Source: a virus (lineage: Duplodnaviria > Caudoviricetes). From it: a DNA stretch of 34,050 nt. Below are positions 26,468 through 34,050 of the stretch, piece by piece. The stretch spans positions 1 through 34,050 of IMG/VR virus record IMGVR_UViG_3300020045_005277; one strand, given 5' to 3'. The number at the start of each line of letters is the position of its first letter. Position 1 is the stretch's first letter. The notes beneath the pieces were generated by a model. The model worked only from the letters and a program-made list of their open reading frames with translations, did not search any database and was not told the origin of the DNA. Made by a program: the position numbers and the translations under genes.

Positions 26468-26659
26468 ATGATAAAAACATGGGTCGAAATGGTTTTCAAA
26501 GTAAAAATATTAACAGAAGAAGAGTACGTTAGTATTTTTATAAAAAATAACATGGCAGAACATAAGCTATATTCTATAAAAAAAGCTTACGAGATGTTGC
26601 ATAACCCTCTAGTTACTAATGCAAAAGAACGGTTAATTAATTTAATTGAATCTATATGA
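26468..26659 (+). CDS. Hypothetical protein
   Basis: 63-aa ORF in the operon. Confidence 0.5.
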   Translation: MIKTWVEMVFKVKILTEEEYVSIFIKNNMAEHKLYSIKKAYEMLHNPLVTNAKERLINLIESI

Positions 26660-26901
26660 GTAACACCCGCTTAATTTTCAAAACCGTAGAACTCACGCCC
26701 GACGGAATTTTAATTCGGAGTATAGAGATTCTTGACGCTATAAGTGGTGAAACAATTAGACCCGCTAACTTAACACCGGAACTTTGCAATTTGATTAAAG
26801 TTGTTGAAATAGATATAGATGCTTTTTTCGAAATCGAACAGCTTAAAAAAAAAAATAAAACAGTACATAAATTAATTAAAACGTTTAAACTTTATTCTTA
26901 A
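26656..26901 (+). CDS. Hypothetical protein
   Basis: 81-aa ATGA-coupled ORF. Confidence 0.55.
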   Translation: MSNTRLIFKTVELTPDGILIRSIEILDAISGETIRPANLTPELCNLIKVVEIDIDAFFEIEQLKKKNKTVHKLIKTFKLYS

Positions 26902-26905
26902 AAAC

Positions 26906-27712
26906 ATGAAAACATGCACAATTGACAATCAAGAATTTACATGGGAAACAAACGAAGATTTTTTAAAAATCATAGCTTCGTTCCCAAAATTTTCAATAGG
27001 TGAAAATTTTACAATAGGAAACAACTTCAAGGCTGGATACAACTTCAAGGCTGGAAACGACTTCAAGGCTGGATACAACTTCACGGCTGGAGACCGCTTC
27101 ACGGCTGGATACGACTTCAAGGCTGGAGACGACTTCACGGCTGGATACGACTTCACGGCTGGATACAACTTCACGGCTGGAAACCACTTCACGGCTGGAG
27201 ACGACTTCAAGGCTGGAGACGACTTCACGGCTGGATACGACTTCACGGCTGGAGACCGCTTCAAAGCTAGAGACCGCTTCACGGCTGGAAACGACTTCAC
27301 GGCTGGAGACGACTTCACGGCTGGAGACCGCTTCACGGCTGGAGACGACTTCACGGCTGGAAACGACTTCACGGCTGGAGACCGCTTCACGGCTGGATAC
27401 GACTTCACGGCTGGATACAACTTCACGGCTGGATACGACTTCAAGGCTGGTGACGACTTCACGGCTGGAAATATTCCATTAACTATTTTAAAATCTATAT
27501 CAATCAATGGTTTATATAAATATCATTCAGCCGCCTTAATTTGCAAGGAAGGTATTTATATCATTTTAGGATGTAAATTCCGATTGTTATCTGATTGGGA
27601 ATCTAATTTTTGGAACAATAATGACGAATTCCCAAATGACGGCTCCGAAAAATCTCAAGCCAGATGGAATGCTTTTTTACTTTTAAAATATTTTATCACA
27701 CTTAATTCTTAA
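26906..27712 (+). CDS. Hexapeptide-repeat (beta-solenoid) protein
   Basis: 25 F[TK]AG[DYN][DNRH]-type units plus 2 degenerate ones, with unique N- and C-terminal caps (ILGC..RLLSDWE..FW). Confidence 0.8.
   Translation: MKTCTIDNQEFTWETNEDFLKIIASFPKFSIGENFTIGNNFKAGYNFKAGNDFKAGYNFTAGDRFTAGYDFKAGDDFTAGYDFTAGYNFTAGNHFTAGDDFKAGDDFTAGYDFTAGDRFKARDRFTAGNDFTAGDDFTAGDRFTAGDDFTAGNDFTAGDRFTAGYDFTAGYNFTAGYDFKAGDDFTAGNIPLTILKSISINGLYKYHSAALICKEGIYIILGCKFRLLSDWESNFWNNNDEFPNDGSEKSQARWNAFLLLKYFITLNS
27026..27475 (+). repeat. 18-bp coding tandem repeat, 25 copies
   Basis: Consensus TTC A(C/A)G GCT GGA (G/T/A)AC (G/A/C)(A/G)C. Confidence 0.95.
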
Positions 27713-27716
27713 AATC

Positions 27717-28073
27717 ATGAAGAAAAATTATTCAGGTGAGATCGAACTCACAAAGTTGCAATCTGCCATTTTTACAACGCCAAAAGGCGTAAGGTGTCTT
27801 TTAATCCCGATAAAAGAAAACCACCTTAACGAATTTTCAGAGAACCGGTTTTCAATGCCTATCAACATCGTGGTTCACGAAGAAAAAGACAAGTACGGTA
27901 ACGCTGGGTTCATTGGGCAAAAACTTTCCAGTGAAGAATACAAGGCCATGACTGACGACCAGAAAAAAGAGACTAAACTTCCAATTCTTGGGAACTTCAA
28001 AGACTTCTCTCAAGGTGCCGATACTGGGAAACCAGCACCAGTGGCCATGACTGCTGATGACCTGCCTTTTTAA
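27717..28073 (+). CDS. Putative single-stranded DNA-binding protein
   Basis: IELTKL...DKYGN...LPILGN core, flexible linker and an acidic DDLPF tail. Confidence 0.65.
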   Translation: MKKNYSGEIELTKLQSAIFTTPKGVRCLLIPIKENHLNEFSENRFSMPINIVVHEEKDKYGNAGFIGQKLSSEEYKAMTDDQKKETKLPILGNFKDFSQGADTGKPAPVAMTADDLPF

Positions 28074-28081
28074 ACCTTAAC

Positions 28082-28109
28082 GGCGGGGTTAACGACCCCG
28101 CCCCTTTTT
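28082..28109 (+). terminator. Intrinsic terminator
   Basis: GGCGGGGT-TAACG-ACCCCGCC then CCTTTTT. Confidence 0.75.
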
Positions 28110-28193
28110 ATGAAAAAAATTGAATATATTGCATCGTTTTACGGATTAGTAGGTATTTTACTAGTAATCACATACTTATATTTAACAACATGA
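28110..28193 (+). CDS. 27-aa single-TM peptide
   Basis: MKKIEYIASFYGLVGILLVITYLYLTT; ATGA overlap with 28190. Confidence 0.5.
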   Translation: MKKIEYIASFYGLVGILLVITYLYLTT

Positions 28194-28588
28194 AAACCTG
28201 TAAAGCCTGCGGCAAACAATCCCAAAAAGGCCACTACTGCTATGCATGCGCCAAAGCTATTTACCGGAAAAATAATCCAATAAAAGCAGCTTACCAAAGT
28301 CTAAGAAGTGGGGCAAAACGCAGGGGTAAAGCATTTAATCTTACATTTGAGCAGTTTAAAACATTCGTTGTTAAAACTGAATACATGAAAAACAAAGGAA
28401 CTCGCTCTGAAAGTTATCACATTGACAGGATAGACGAAACAAAAGGATACACTATAGATAATATTCAAATCATGACAAATTCCGAAAATGTAAGAAAATA
28501 TTATAAATTTGTCGAACGGATAAATAACAAACCCGTTTTTTCTATAGGCATTTCTAAACCTGTTTTACAAAATAATTGTCCATTCTAA
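28190..28588 (+). CDS. HNH-like endonuclease with an N-terminal Zn finger
   Basis: CKAC..CYAC; HIDRIDETKGYTIDNIQIMTNSENVRK; directly upstream of the small terminase. Confidence 0.75.
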   Translation: MKTCKACGKQSQKGHYCYACAKAIYRKNNPIKAAYQSLRSGAKRRGKAFNLTFEQFKTFVVKTEYMKNKGTRSESYHIDRIDETKGYTIDNIQIMTNSENVRKYYKFVERINNKPVFSIGISKPVLQNNCPF

Positions 28589-28599
28589 AAAATAATACC

Positions 28600-29013
28600 A
28601 TGCCAGCACCCCAAGGAAATAAATACGCGCAAGAATGGAATCTTGAAAACGCATTACCTCGATTCGAAGATGCTTTGAAATATGCAACTGACGATCCTGA
28701 TTGCCTTTGCCTTCAGGATGCTATTTTTGAAACGGGGATTCCTTCCAGAACTTTTTACTATCTGTGTGCTAATCAGGAAGTTTTGCAAACAATAAAGGAA
28801 GACATTATGGATCACATAGTTAGTAGGGTAAACCGCCTAGCTATTAAAGACCAAGCACCAGCAGCACCAGCGATTTGGCGAATGAAACAACTTGGGGAAA
28901 AAGATGAACAGCACGTTAATTCTAACATCACAGCCAAAAACGAAATAACCGTCATTGATCCTGAGACGGCAAAAGCTATTGAAGAGATGAGACGTAAATT
29001 CGAGGAGGAGTAA
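28600..29013 (+). CDS. terS: Terminase small subunit; probable start at ATG 28600
   Basis: MPAPQGNKYAQEW N-terminus, central HTH, AIWRMKQLG.KD; upstream of terL. Confidence 0.75.
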   Translation: MPAPQGNKYAQEWNLENALPRFEDALKYATDDPDCLCLQDAIFETGIPSRTFYYLCANQEVLQTIKEDIMDHIVSRVNRLAIKDQAPAAPAIWRMKQLGEKDEQHVNSNITAKNEITVIDPETAKAIEEMRRKFEEE

Positions 29014-29019
29014 AAATAT

Positions 29020-29108
29020 TAAAACAGTGAATAAATCGGTTGGACTCCGATACGAAGGACTGGTTCCGGCGTGGTATGGTCGACATTAATTATCTCTTCA
29101 CTGTTTTA
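29020..29108. other. Structured non-coding element closed by a 12-bp perfect inverted repeat
   Basis: TAAAACAGTGAA 29020-29031 / TTCACTGTTTTA 29097-29108, with internal GC-rich hairpins. Confidence 0.45.
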
Positions 29109-29124
29109 TTTTAAAACAAACATT

Positions 29125-29232
29125 ATGATTAATATTATTTTAGGCTACGTTCTTGGCGTTGTAATGTGTGCAGCATTTGTTTTTGTGTTGCTTTTGTTCG
29201 GATATAACGGAGACTTTGACGACTACGTATGA
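29125..29232 (+). CDS. 35-aa single-TM peptide coupled to terL
   Basis: MINIILGYVLGVVMCAAFVFVLLLFGYNGDFDDYV; ATGA overlap with the terL start. Confidence 0.55.
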   Translation: MINIILGYVLGVVMCAAFVFVLLLFGYNGDFDDYV

Positions 29233-30437
29233 TTACAACCCGCGTATTCTCTGAAACTTTAGCAGCTTACAATGCTGGTTATAGAATTATAGCCAACCGT
29301 GGAGGTACGCGATCGGGCAAATCTTTTGCAGCACTACAGGTTAATGACCTGATAATGAACCTAAGCAAAAAAAAGCGGCTTATCTCTACAGTTTCTCATT
29401 CCTTTCCTCACCTTTCAGGCGGCGTTATACGCGACTACGAAATAATACTTTCGGCTCAAGGTGCTAATATTGACAAGATACGCAGGCAAAACCCTACACA
29501 ATACCATATTAACAACAGCCTTTTAGAGTTCATTGGATTCGATAAACCTGGCAAAGCCTTGGGAGCTGCAAGGGATATTTTGTTTATCAACGAAGCAAAC
29601 AAAATGCCTTTTAGCATTTGTAACCAGCTCATGATAAGAACCACTGAAACAATTTTTCTAGACTGGAATCCAAGTGAGGACTTTTGGTTTGATACTGAAG
29701 GCTTCGCAGATAGGCCAGACGTTAAAATAATAGACTCTACTTTCTATGATAACATAAATTGGAAAACTGGGAAGTGGAATCTTTCAGACGGTCAGCTCTT
29801 TGAATTGAAGCAAGCAAAGAAAAAGGCCATGAGTGAAGATGCAGCCGGAAAGCGCGGGTTTTGGTGGAACTGGTGGCAGGTTTACGGATTAGGTAAGAAA
29901 GGGCAACTTGAAGGGGTTATATTCCAAAACTGGCAGACGTTTAGAGAGTTGCTAGATTGCGAATTGTTCCGAATTTGGGCGATTGACTGGGGAGGTAATG
30001 ATCCAACAACGCTTGTGCAATTAGATTTCGACGGTGACAATAATCGCCTGTATATTACCGAACATATATACCAGCCGCAAATTTTAAACTCGAAGATTAT
30101 CGAATACATTCAAATTGTCAATCCTGAAAACTCACCAGTTATTTATGATAGCGCCCGAAAAGATAAAGGCTTCGAGCTTCAAATGGCTGGTATTAATGCC
30201 ATGGGTGCAACAAAAGGCGCAGGTTCCATTCTGGATGGTATTGATCGATTGCAAGAATTTGCTATATTTGTACACGAAGATTCTAAAAATGCTATTGACG
30301 AATTTAAGAAGTACAAAAGGATTCAAGACCCGATAACGAATAAGTTTCTGGACATTCCAGAAGATGCTAATAATCATATAATAGACCCTGTTCGTTATGG
30401 TGCAAGATTTTACAGGAAATCAGTGAGGCCACTATAA
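29229..30437 (+). CDS. terL: Terminase large subunit (PBSX/SPP1-like)
   Basis: GGTRSGKS, LFINEA, LDWNP, STFYDN, YGLG, AIDWG.NDPT, NNHIIDPVRY. Confidence 0.95.
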   Translation: MITTRVFSETLAAYNAGYRIIANRGGTRSGKSFAALQVNDLIMNLSKKKRLISTVSHSFPHLSGGVIRDYEIILSAQGANIDKIRRQNPTQYHINNSLLEFIGFDKPGKALGAARDILFINEANKMPFSICNQLMIRTTETIFLDWNPSEDFWFDTEGFADRPDVKIIDSTFYDNINWKTGKWNLSDGQLFELKQAKKKAMSEDAAGKRGFWWNWWQVYGLGKKGQLEGVIFQNWQTFRELLDCELFRIWAIDWGGNDPTTLVQLDFDGDNNRLYITEHIYQPQILNSKIIEYIQIVNPENSPVIYDSARKDKGFELQMAGINAMGATKGAGSILDGIDRLQEFAIFVHEDSKNAIDEFKKYKRIQDPITNKFLDIPEDANNHIIDPVRYGARFYRKSVRPL

Positions 30438-30506
30438 AGTAAAAAAAAACAAGTAGGTGCAGGCCAGCCCGAAAACAAACTAAAAACTATATCAAAAGAA
30501 AACTAA

Positions 30507-31043
30507 ATGATTCCAATCCTAATCTCTAACAAAAAATATAAGATCAAGTCAATAGCAGAACTCACAACAGCCGAATTTATTGAGCTGTCGAAAATTGAGA
30601 ACTGCGACACGGTGAAATATATAGCATGGCAAACAGGCGTATCAATGCAAGATTCTTTTTTTGCTGTTACTGCCAAATCTGTTGAACTTGCAATTGGTGC
30701 AGCTCCAGACATCACCAAAATTAAAAAGCCTAAAGGATTTGATTATTCAAAAATAATTGAGACAGTTGGCCAACGTCATCAAATAGAGAACTCAGGTAAA
30801 GAAGGCTTTGAACTTTTAGTCTATTGTTTGGCAGTTGCTCAGGCACGAAGCAATAACTTCGAAGTCATTTCAAACTTAGAGGCCGAATACTTACAGCGTC
30901 CATTTGCCGAAATTTTACCGGCGGGTTTTTTTTTCTTCAAGATTTACAGCAATGGCAGAAAACCAGATCGCAAAATTTTAAACTGGCTCAGGCATTTGAT
31001 CGATACAGCGAAGAAAAAAAGGCGGCGGGTGTTGAAAGGCTAA
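30507..31043 (+). CDS. Tail assembly chaperone (gpG-like)
   Basis: ELTTAEFIEL N-terminus and a slippery G GGT TTT TTT TTC at 30923-30935. Confidence 0.7.
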   Translation: MIPILISNKKYKIKSIAELTTAEFIELSKIENCDTVKYIAWQTGVSMQDSFFAVTAKSVELAIGAAPDITKIKKPKGFDYSKIIETVGQRHQIENSGKEGFELLVYCLAVAQARSNNFEVISNLEAEYLQRPFAEILPAGFFFFKIYSNGRKPDRKILNWLRHLIDTAKKKRRRVLKG

Positions 31044-31219
31044 ACGCTTATTCTAATTACTTAGAGATTCAAACTCTTTGCGAACTTTTGAATTGCGACT
31101 TTGAAAAAGTTTTGGAAAGCGATGACGGTTTTTGCACAAAGGTTTTGCTTTGTAACTTAGAAAAAACTACTTTTGAAACCAAGTTTTCTGAACTAATGCA
31201 AAAACGCCAAAAGAAATGA
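30507..31219 (+). CDS. Tail assembly chaperone -1 frameshift product (gpGT-like)
   Basis: The -1 frame is open from the slippery site to TGA 31217-31219 (LQDLQQWQ...SEEKKAAGVERL...KRQKK) and overlaps the next ATG. Confidence 0.75.
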
Positions 31220-31656
31220 GTTTGATTACAGACATAACTAGCATTATTACTGAGCTTTATCCAGACTCTAATTTTATTTTATCCTCTAAATTTCAGGCCA
31301 ACGTATCAGCATTTTTAACAGACCTATCCGAATTGCCTTTAATCATTTTAGACAATGACTTACCTCGCACGGCTTCGATACAAAAAAACAACAACGTATT
31401 AAAGGATTCAAAAATCTTAATTAGCTTTTTAAACTTAGACAATAACGGAACGGACGCAGACAGCGAAGCGATTCGTTCAGAAATGGAAGCCATGGCTGAC
31501 AGGGTCGCCGTTAAAATTTATCAGCTAATACCATGCCGGTTAGTTTCCGGAAATCAAAAATATAAAGTAACCCCTTTATTTCACGTGTTTAGCTCTAACC
31601 TTACAGGGGTAGCACTTGAGATGCAGGCGAATTATAACGAAATAGTAAACTTTTAG
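31216..31656 (+). CDS. Putative tail terminator / tail completion protein
   Basis: 146 aa; LPLIIL...ILISFL...NLTGVALEM pattern of gpU-like proteins. Confidence 0.55.
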   Translation: MSLITDITSIITELYPDSNFILSSKFQANVSAFLTDLSELPLIILDNDLPRTASIQKNNNVLKDSKILISFLNLDNNGTDADSEAIRSEMEAMADRVAVKIYQLIPCRLVSGNQKYKVTPLFHVFSSNLTGVALEMQANYNEIVNF

Positions 31657-31659
31657 ATT

Positions 31660-32022
31660 ATGGCACAAACATTTACAGCCGCCACAATGGGTAACGCTGC
31701 CAATGATGGTAACGGAAATCCAATTAGGACAGGCGGGTTAAAGATAGCAGCCGATTTGGGCGAACTTTATTCTAAAGAAACAGCCAACGCAGCAACTAGA
31801 GACGCATACGAAAATTCTTATCGGTGTGGTATTTCTATTGCTGTCACAACTGGAAGCAACACGATAGATTTTTCAACACCTTTTATAGATGCATTTTACT
31901 TACTTGAGATAAAAGACCCTACAGGAATAGTAACATCCTTGACCTCGCAGGATCAGGACGGTTTTGTCGTAGTAGTTTCGGGGAATGGTGTAATACATTA
32001 TATCGCTAATTATGTCAAATGA
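31660..32022 (+). CDS. Short fibre or baseplate-attached protein
   Basis: MGNAANDGNGNPIRTGGLKIAADLGELY resembles the T4 gp9/gp10-type N-terminal anchor (ANDGTGDxLR); C-terminal IDFSTPF beta domain. Confidence 0.65.
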   Translation: MAQTFTAATMGNAANDGNGNPIRTGGLKIAADLGELYSKETANAATRDAYENSYRCGISIAVTTGSNTIDFSTPFIDAFYLLEIKDPTGIVTSLTSQDQDGFVVVVSGNGVIHYIANYVK

Positions 32023-34050
32023 TGGTAAAATAATAATCGGTGCCTCAGGTTCTGCGGTTGGTTATGTCGGTGATGACTTAAACAATAAAGGATTCTACGA
32101 CAACGAATCAGATTTAATAACAGCCTTTCCCACAGCGGAACTAGGCTGGTATGCTATTGTAGGAGATACCGATAGCGTTTGGGTCTGGGACGGTAGTCTG
32201 GAGGAGTGGAGAGATAGCGGTTCGCCTTTTGTCGCCGGCGGGATGCAGGTTGCTACATACGACCCAAGAGCAATTCAAAAGGATGTATTCGATCAAGATA
32301 ATATGACCGACGGTACGATTAACAAAAATTTTACCGCAACCGAACAAACAAAACTAGCAGGCATAGAAACAGGGGCGCAAGTTAATGTTCCCGCTGCATG
32401 GTCTGAGATTACAGGCAAACCAACAATACCAACTACGACCGCTCAACTACCTGACAGCCTAAATAAAAGATATGTAACAGATGCCAACCTACAAGATTTA
32501 GCGACCCTTGGAAGTGGAGGGTTTGGAATTTCGGAGGCTCCAGAAGATTCCAAAACTTATGGACGCAAAGACGCCGCATGGGTTGAGGTTACTGGAGGTG
32601 TTGGATCAATAGATACCGTGCCCTTAGATTTTAGCACTCAAATAGATTTATCTAATTTAAAGGCAATATCTGCTGTAGAACTTACCGAAAATACAGTACT
32701 TACACCTTTGGCAGTAACATCTGTATGTGATATGAACAGTCACGCATTAGCATTGAGGTTAAACGGTTTCGAAGCTGACTTAACCGCCTTTACATTTATC
32801 GAAACTCAACTGGCAGAATTAGACCTAACTGAAGGCTATGTGAACATCCTTATATTTTGGCGTATGTTTAACGTGTATTATTACACGATTTTCCGAGCTT
32901 ACGAATGGACTGAACCCGATATTGACGCACCCGTTTTAACTAACGTCGGGTTATCTAGCATTACTCCAACAACCGCTATTTTATCAATCACCAGCGATGA
33001 AGGAGCAACTGGTTACTGGGCTGTTTATGCCGATGGTTCGACAACAAAAACTAAGGAAGAAATTATAGCAGGTACCGGAGCCATTATAAGAGGCGATTTC
33101 CCATTGAGCGCCGGTTCGCCTTCTACTGATAACATCGAAGGTCTTACACATACTACGCCTTATGATTTACGATACTTTGCCCGTGATGGTGCAAGTAATG
33201 ACAGTGATCCCGTATTACTTGATTTTAGCACAATCGCCCGTGCGCAATTAGCAACACCAAACCCAACCGGCTCGCAGTTAGATTCCGACACCGCACGATT
33301 TATATGGTCAAATATTACCGGTAATGCTGGTTACTCATATCGGACCCGTGTAAATTCAGGTACTTGGAGTGGTTATACGTCATTAACAACAAATACCACT
33401 CAAGTAGATATCGACGGCACAAACGGTCAAATTATTGGTTTGCAAATTTTAGCTAAGGGTAATAATACTACAACTGTAGATTCTGAGCTTAGTACTGAGG
33501 ATTCGGTCGAACTGGCTGAAACTATCACTCAATTAACCGCCCCAACCGCCGGCACCCCTGTAGTTAATACAGATGTACAAATTACAGTTCCTATTTCTGA
33601 TATTGACGATAATGCCGATAGTGTAACTGCAAGGTATAAGCTAACAAGTTCAGGAACGTGGTTAAATCATGCTACTGGTTTAAGTGTAGGTATAACAGAA
33701 CATGCATTTAATGGATTAACTGCAAATAGTGCTTATGATTTTGATTTTATTGTGGTTGGAGCTGGGTACTCAGATAGTAATCCATCTAATACAGTTAGTG
33801 CTACTACAATGTTGGCAGCCGCTACCCTTGTAAGTATCGCAACGTCAACCGATGGATTAACAGTTACAGAAACTTACAGTCGTGCGATGAGTACGCCGTC
33901 AACCAGCGGTGTAACATTTAGTCCTGCAAAAACTTTAGTTAGTAGGGTACTAGACACAGATACTACTAAGGTTATAACAACCATATCCGTTGCTTTTGCA
34001 AGTACTGATACAATTACCGTAACATTGCCTAGTTTAAATGCTGCAAGTGG
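32012..34050 (+). CDS. Long tail fibre/adhesin with a foldon-like motif and FN3/Ig-like domains; truncated by the window end
   Basis: Frame is open from ATG 32012 to the end (about 679 codons; absent from the ORF track). Motifs: KLAGIETGAQVN, WSEITGKP, EAPEDSKTYGRKDAAW and FN3 signatures GLTHTTPYDL and GLTANSAYDF. Confidence 0.85.
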   Translation, partial: MSNDGKIIIGASGSAVGYVGDDLNNKGFYDNESDLITAFPTAELGWYAIVGDTDSVWVWDGSLEEWRDSGSPFVAGGMQVATYDPRAIQKDVFDQDNMTDGTINKNFTATEQTKLAGIETGAQVNVPAAWSEITGKPTIPTTTAQLPDSLNKRYVTDANLQDLATLGSGGFGISEAPEDSKTYGRKDAAWVEVTGGVGSIDTVPLDFSTQIDLSNLKAISAVELTENTVLTPLAVTSVCDMNSHALALRLNGFEADLTAFTFIETQLAELDLTEGYVNILIFWRMFNVYYYTIFRAYEWTEPDIDAPVLTNVGLSSITPTTAILSITSDEGATGYWAVYADGSTTKTKEEIIAGTGAIIRGDFPLSAGSPSTDNIEGLTHTTPYDLRYFARDGASNDSDPVLLDFSTIARAQLATPNPTGSQLDSDTARFIWSNITGNAGYSYRTRVNSGTWSGYTSLTTNTTQVDIDGTNGQIIGLQILAKGNNTTTVDSELSTEDSVELAETITQLTAPTAGTPVVNTDVQITVPISDIDDNADSVTARYKLTSSGTWLNHATGLSVGITEHAFNGLTANSAYDFDFIVVGAGYSDSNPSNTVSATTMLAAATLVSIATSTDGLTVTETYSRAMSTPSTSGVTFSPAKTLVSRVLDTDTTKVITTISVAFASTDTITVTLPSLNAAS

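Noticed and set aside
27026-27475. CRISPR array or DGR variable region
   Set aside because: Contiguous in-frame 18-bp units with no spacers; no cas genes, reverse transcriptase or template/variable repeat pair in the window
29020-29108. tRNA gene
   Set aside because: No convincing D-arm, TTCRA T-loop or CCA end; kept only as a generic structured element
2070-32347. Minus-strand ORFs in the track (e.g. 6774-7538, 8748-9002, 19556-20035, 26929-27507)
   Set aside because: They are antisense shadows of better-supported + strand genes or repeats and carry no recognisable motifs
1-34050. Lysogeny module (integrase, cI)
   Set aside because: No tyrosine or serine recombinase or S24 repressor motifs were found; lifestyle cannot be decided from this window

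Overview
The window holds most of a tailed dsDNA (siphovirus-like) phage genome, and every credible gene is on the + strand. The host is very likely a Bacteroidota member: there are TTTG-N19-21-TAnnTTTG promoters, A-rich start regions without Shine-Dalgarno motifs, and Gln+1 signal peptides. Gene order is: tail/baseplate genes and tape measure (1-7.8 kb); an accessory island (7.9-9.4 kb); ClpP protease/scaffold, major capsid, two secreted paralogs, tail tube, portal and adaptor (9.5-15.3 kb); a lysis module with a Tlde1/DUF2778 L,D-transpeptidase-fold enzyme and a holin; Sak/YqaJ recombination genes; a DnaA-C-like HTH protein, primase-helicase, iteron-rich origin, SF2 helicase, GIY-YIG homing endonuclease, VRR-NUC, a hexapeptide-repeat protein, an SSB-like protein and an HNH nuclease; then TerS/TerL, a -1 frameshifted tail chaperone, a tail terminator and a long FN3 tail fibre that runs off the end. 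The most striking observation is at 7895-9103. It is an integrase-less, integron-like array of two gene cassettes separated by 128-129 bp attC-like hairpins and inserted into a reconstructable attI-like palindrome. The cassette genes point towards the attI-like site and lie downstream of an operator-containing phage promoter. No integrase or classical repressor is visible. All assignments come from manual motif reading, not database searches.
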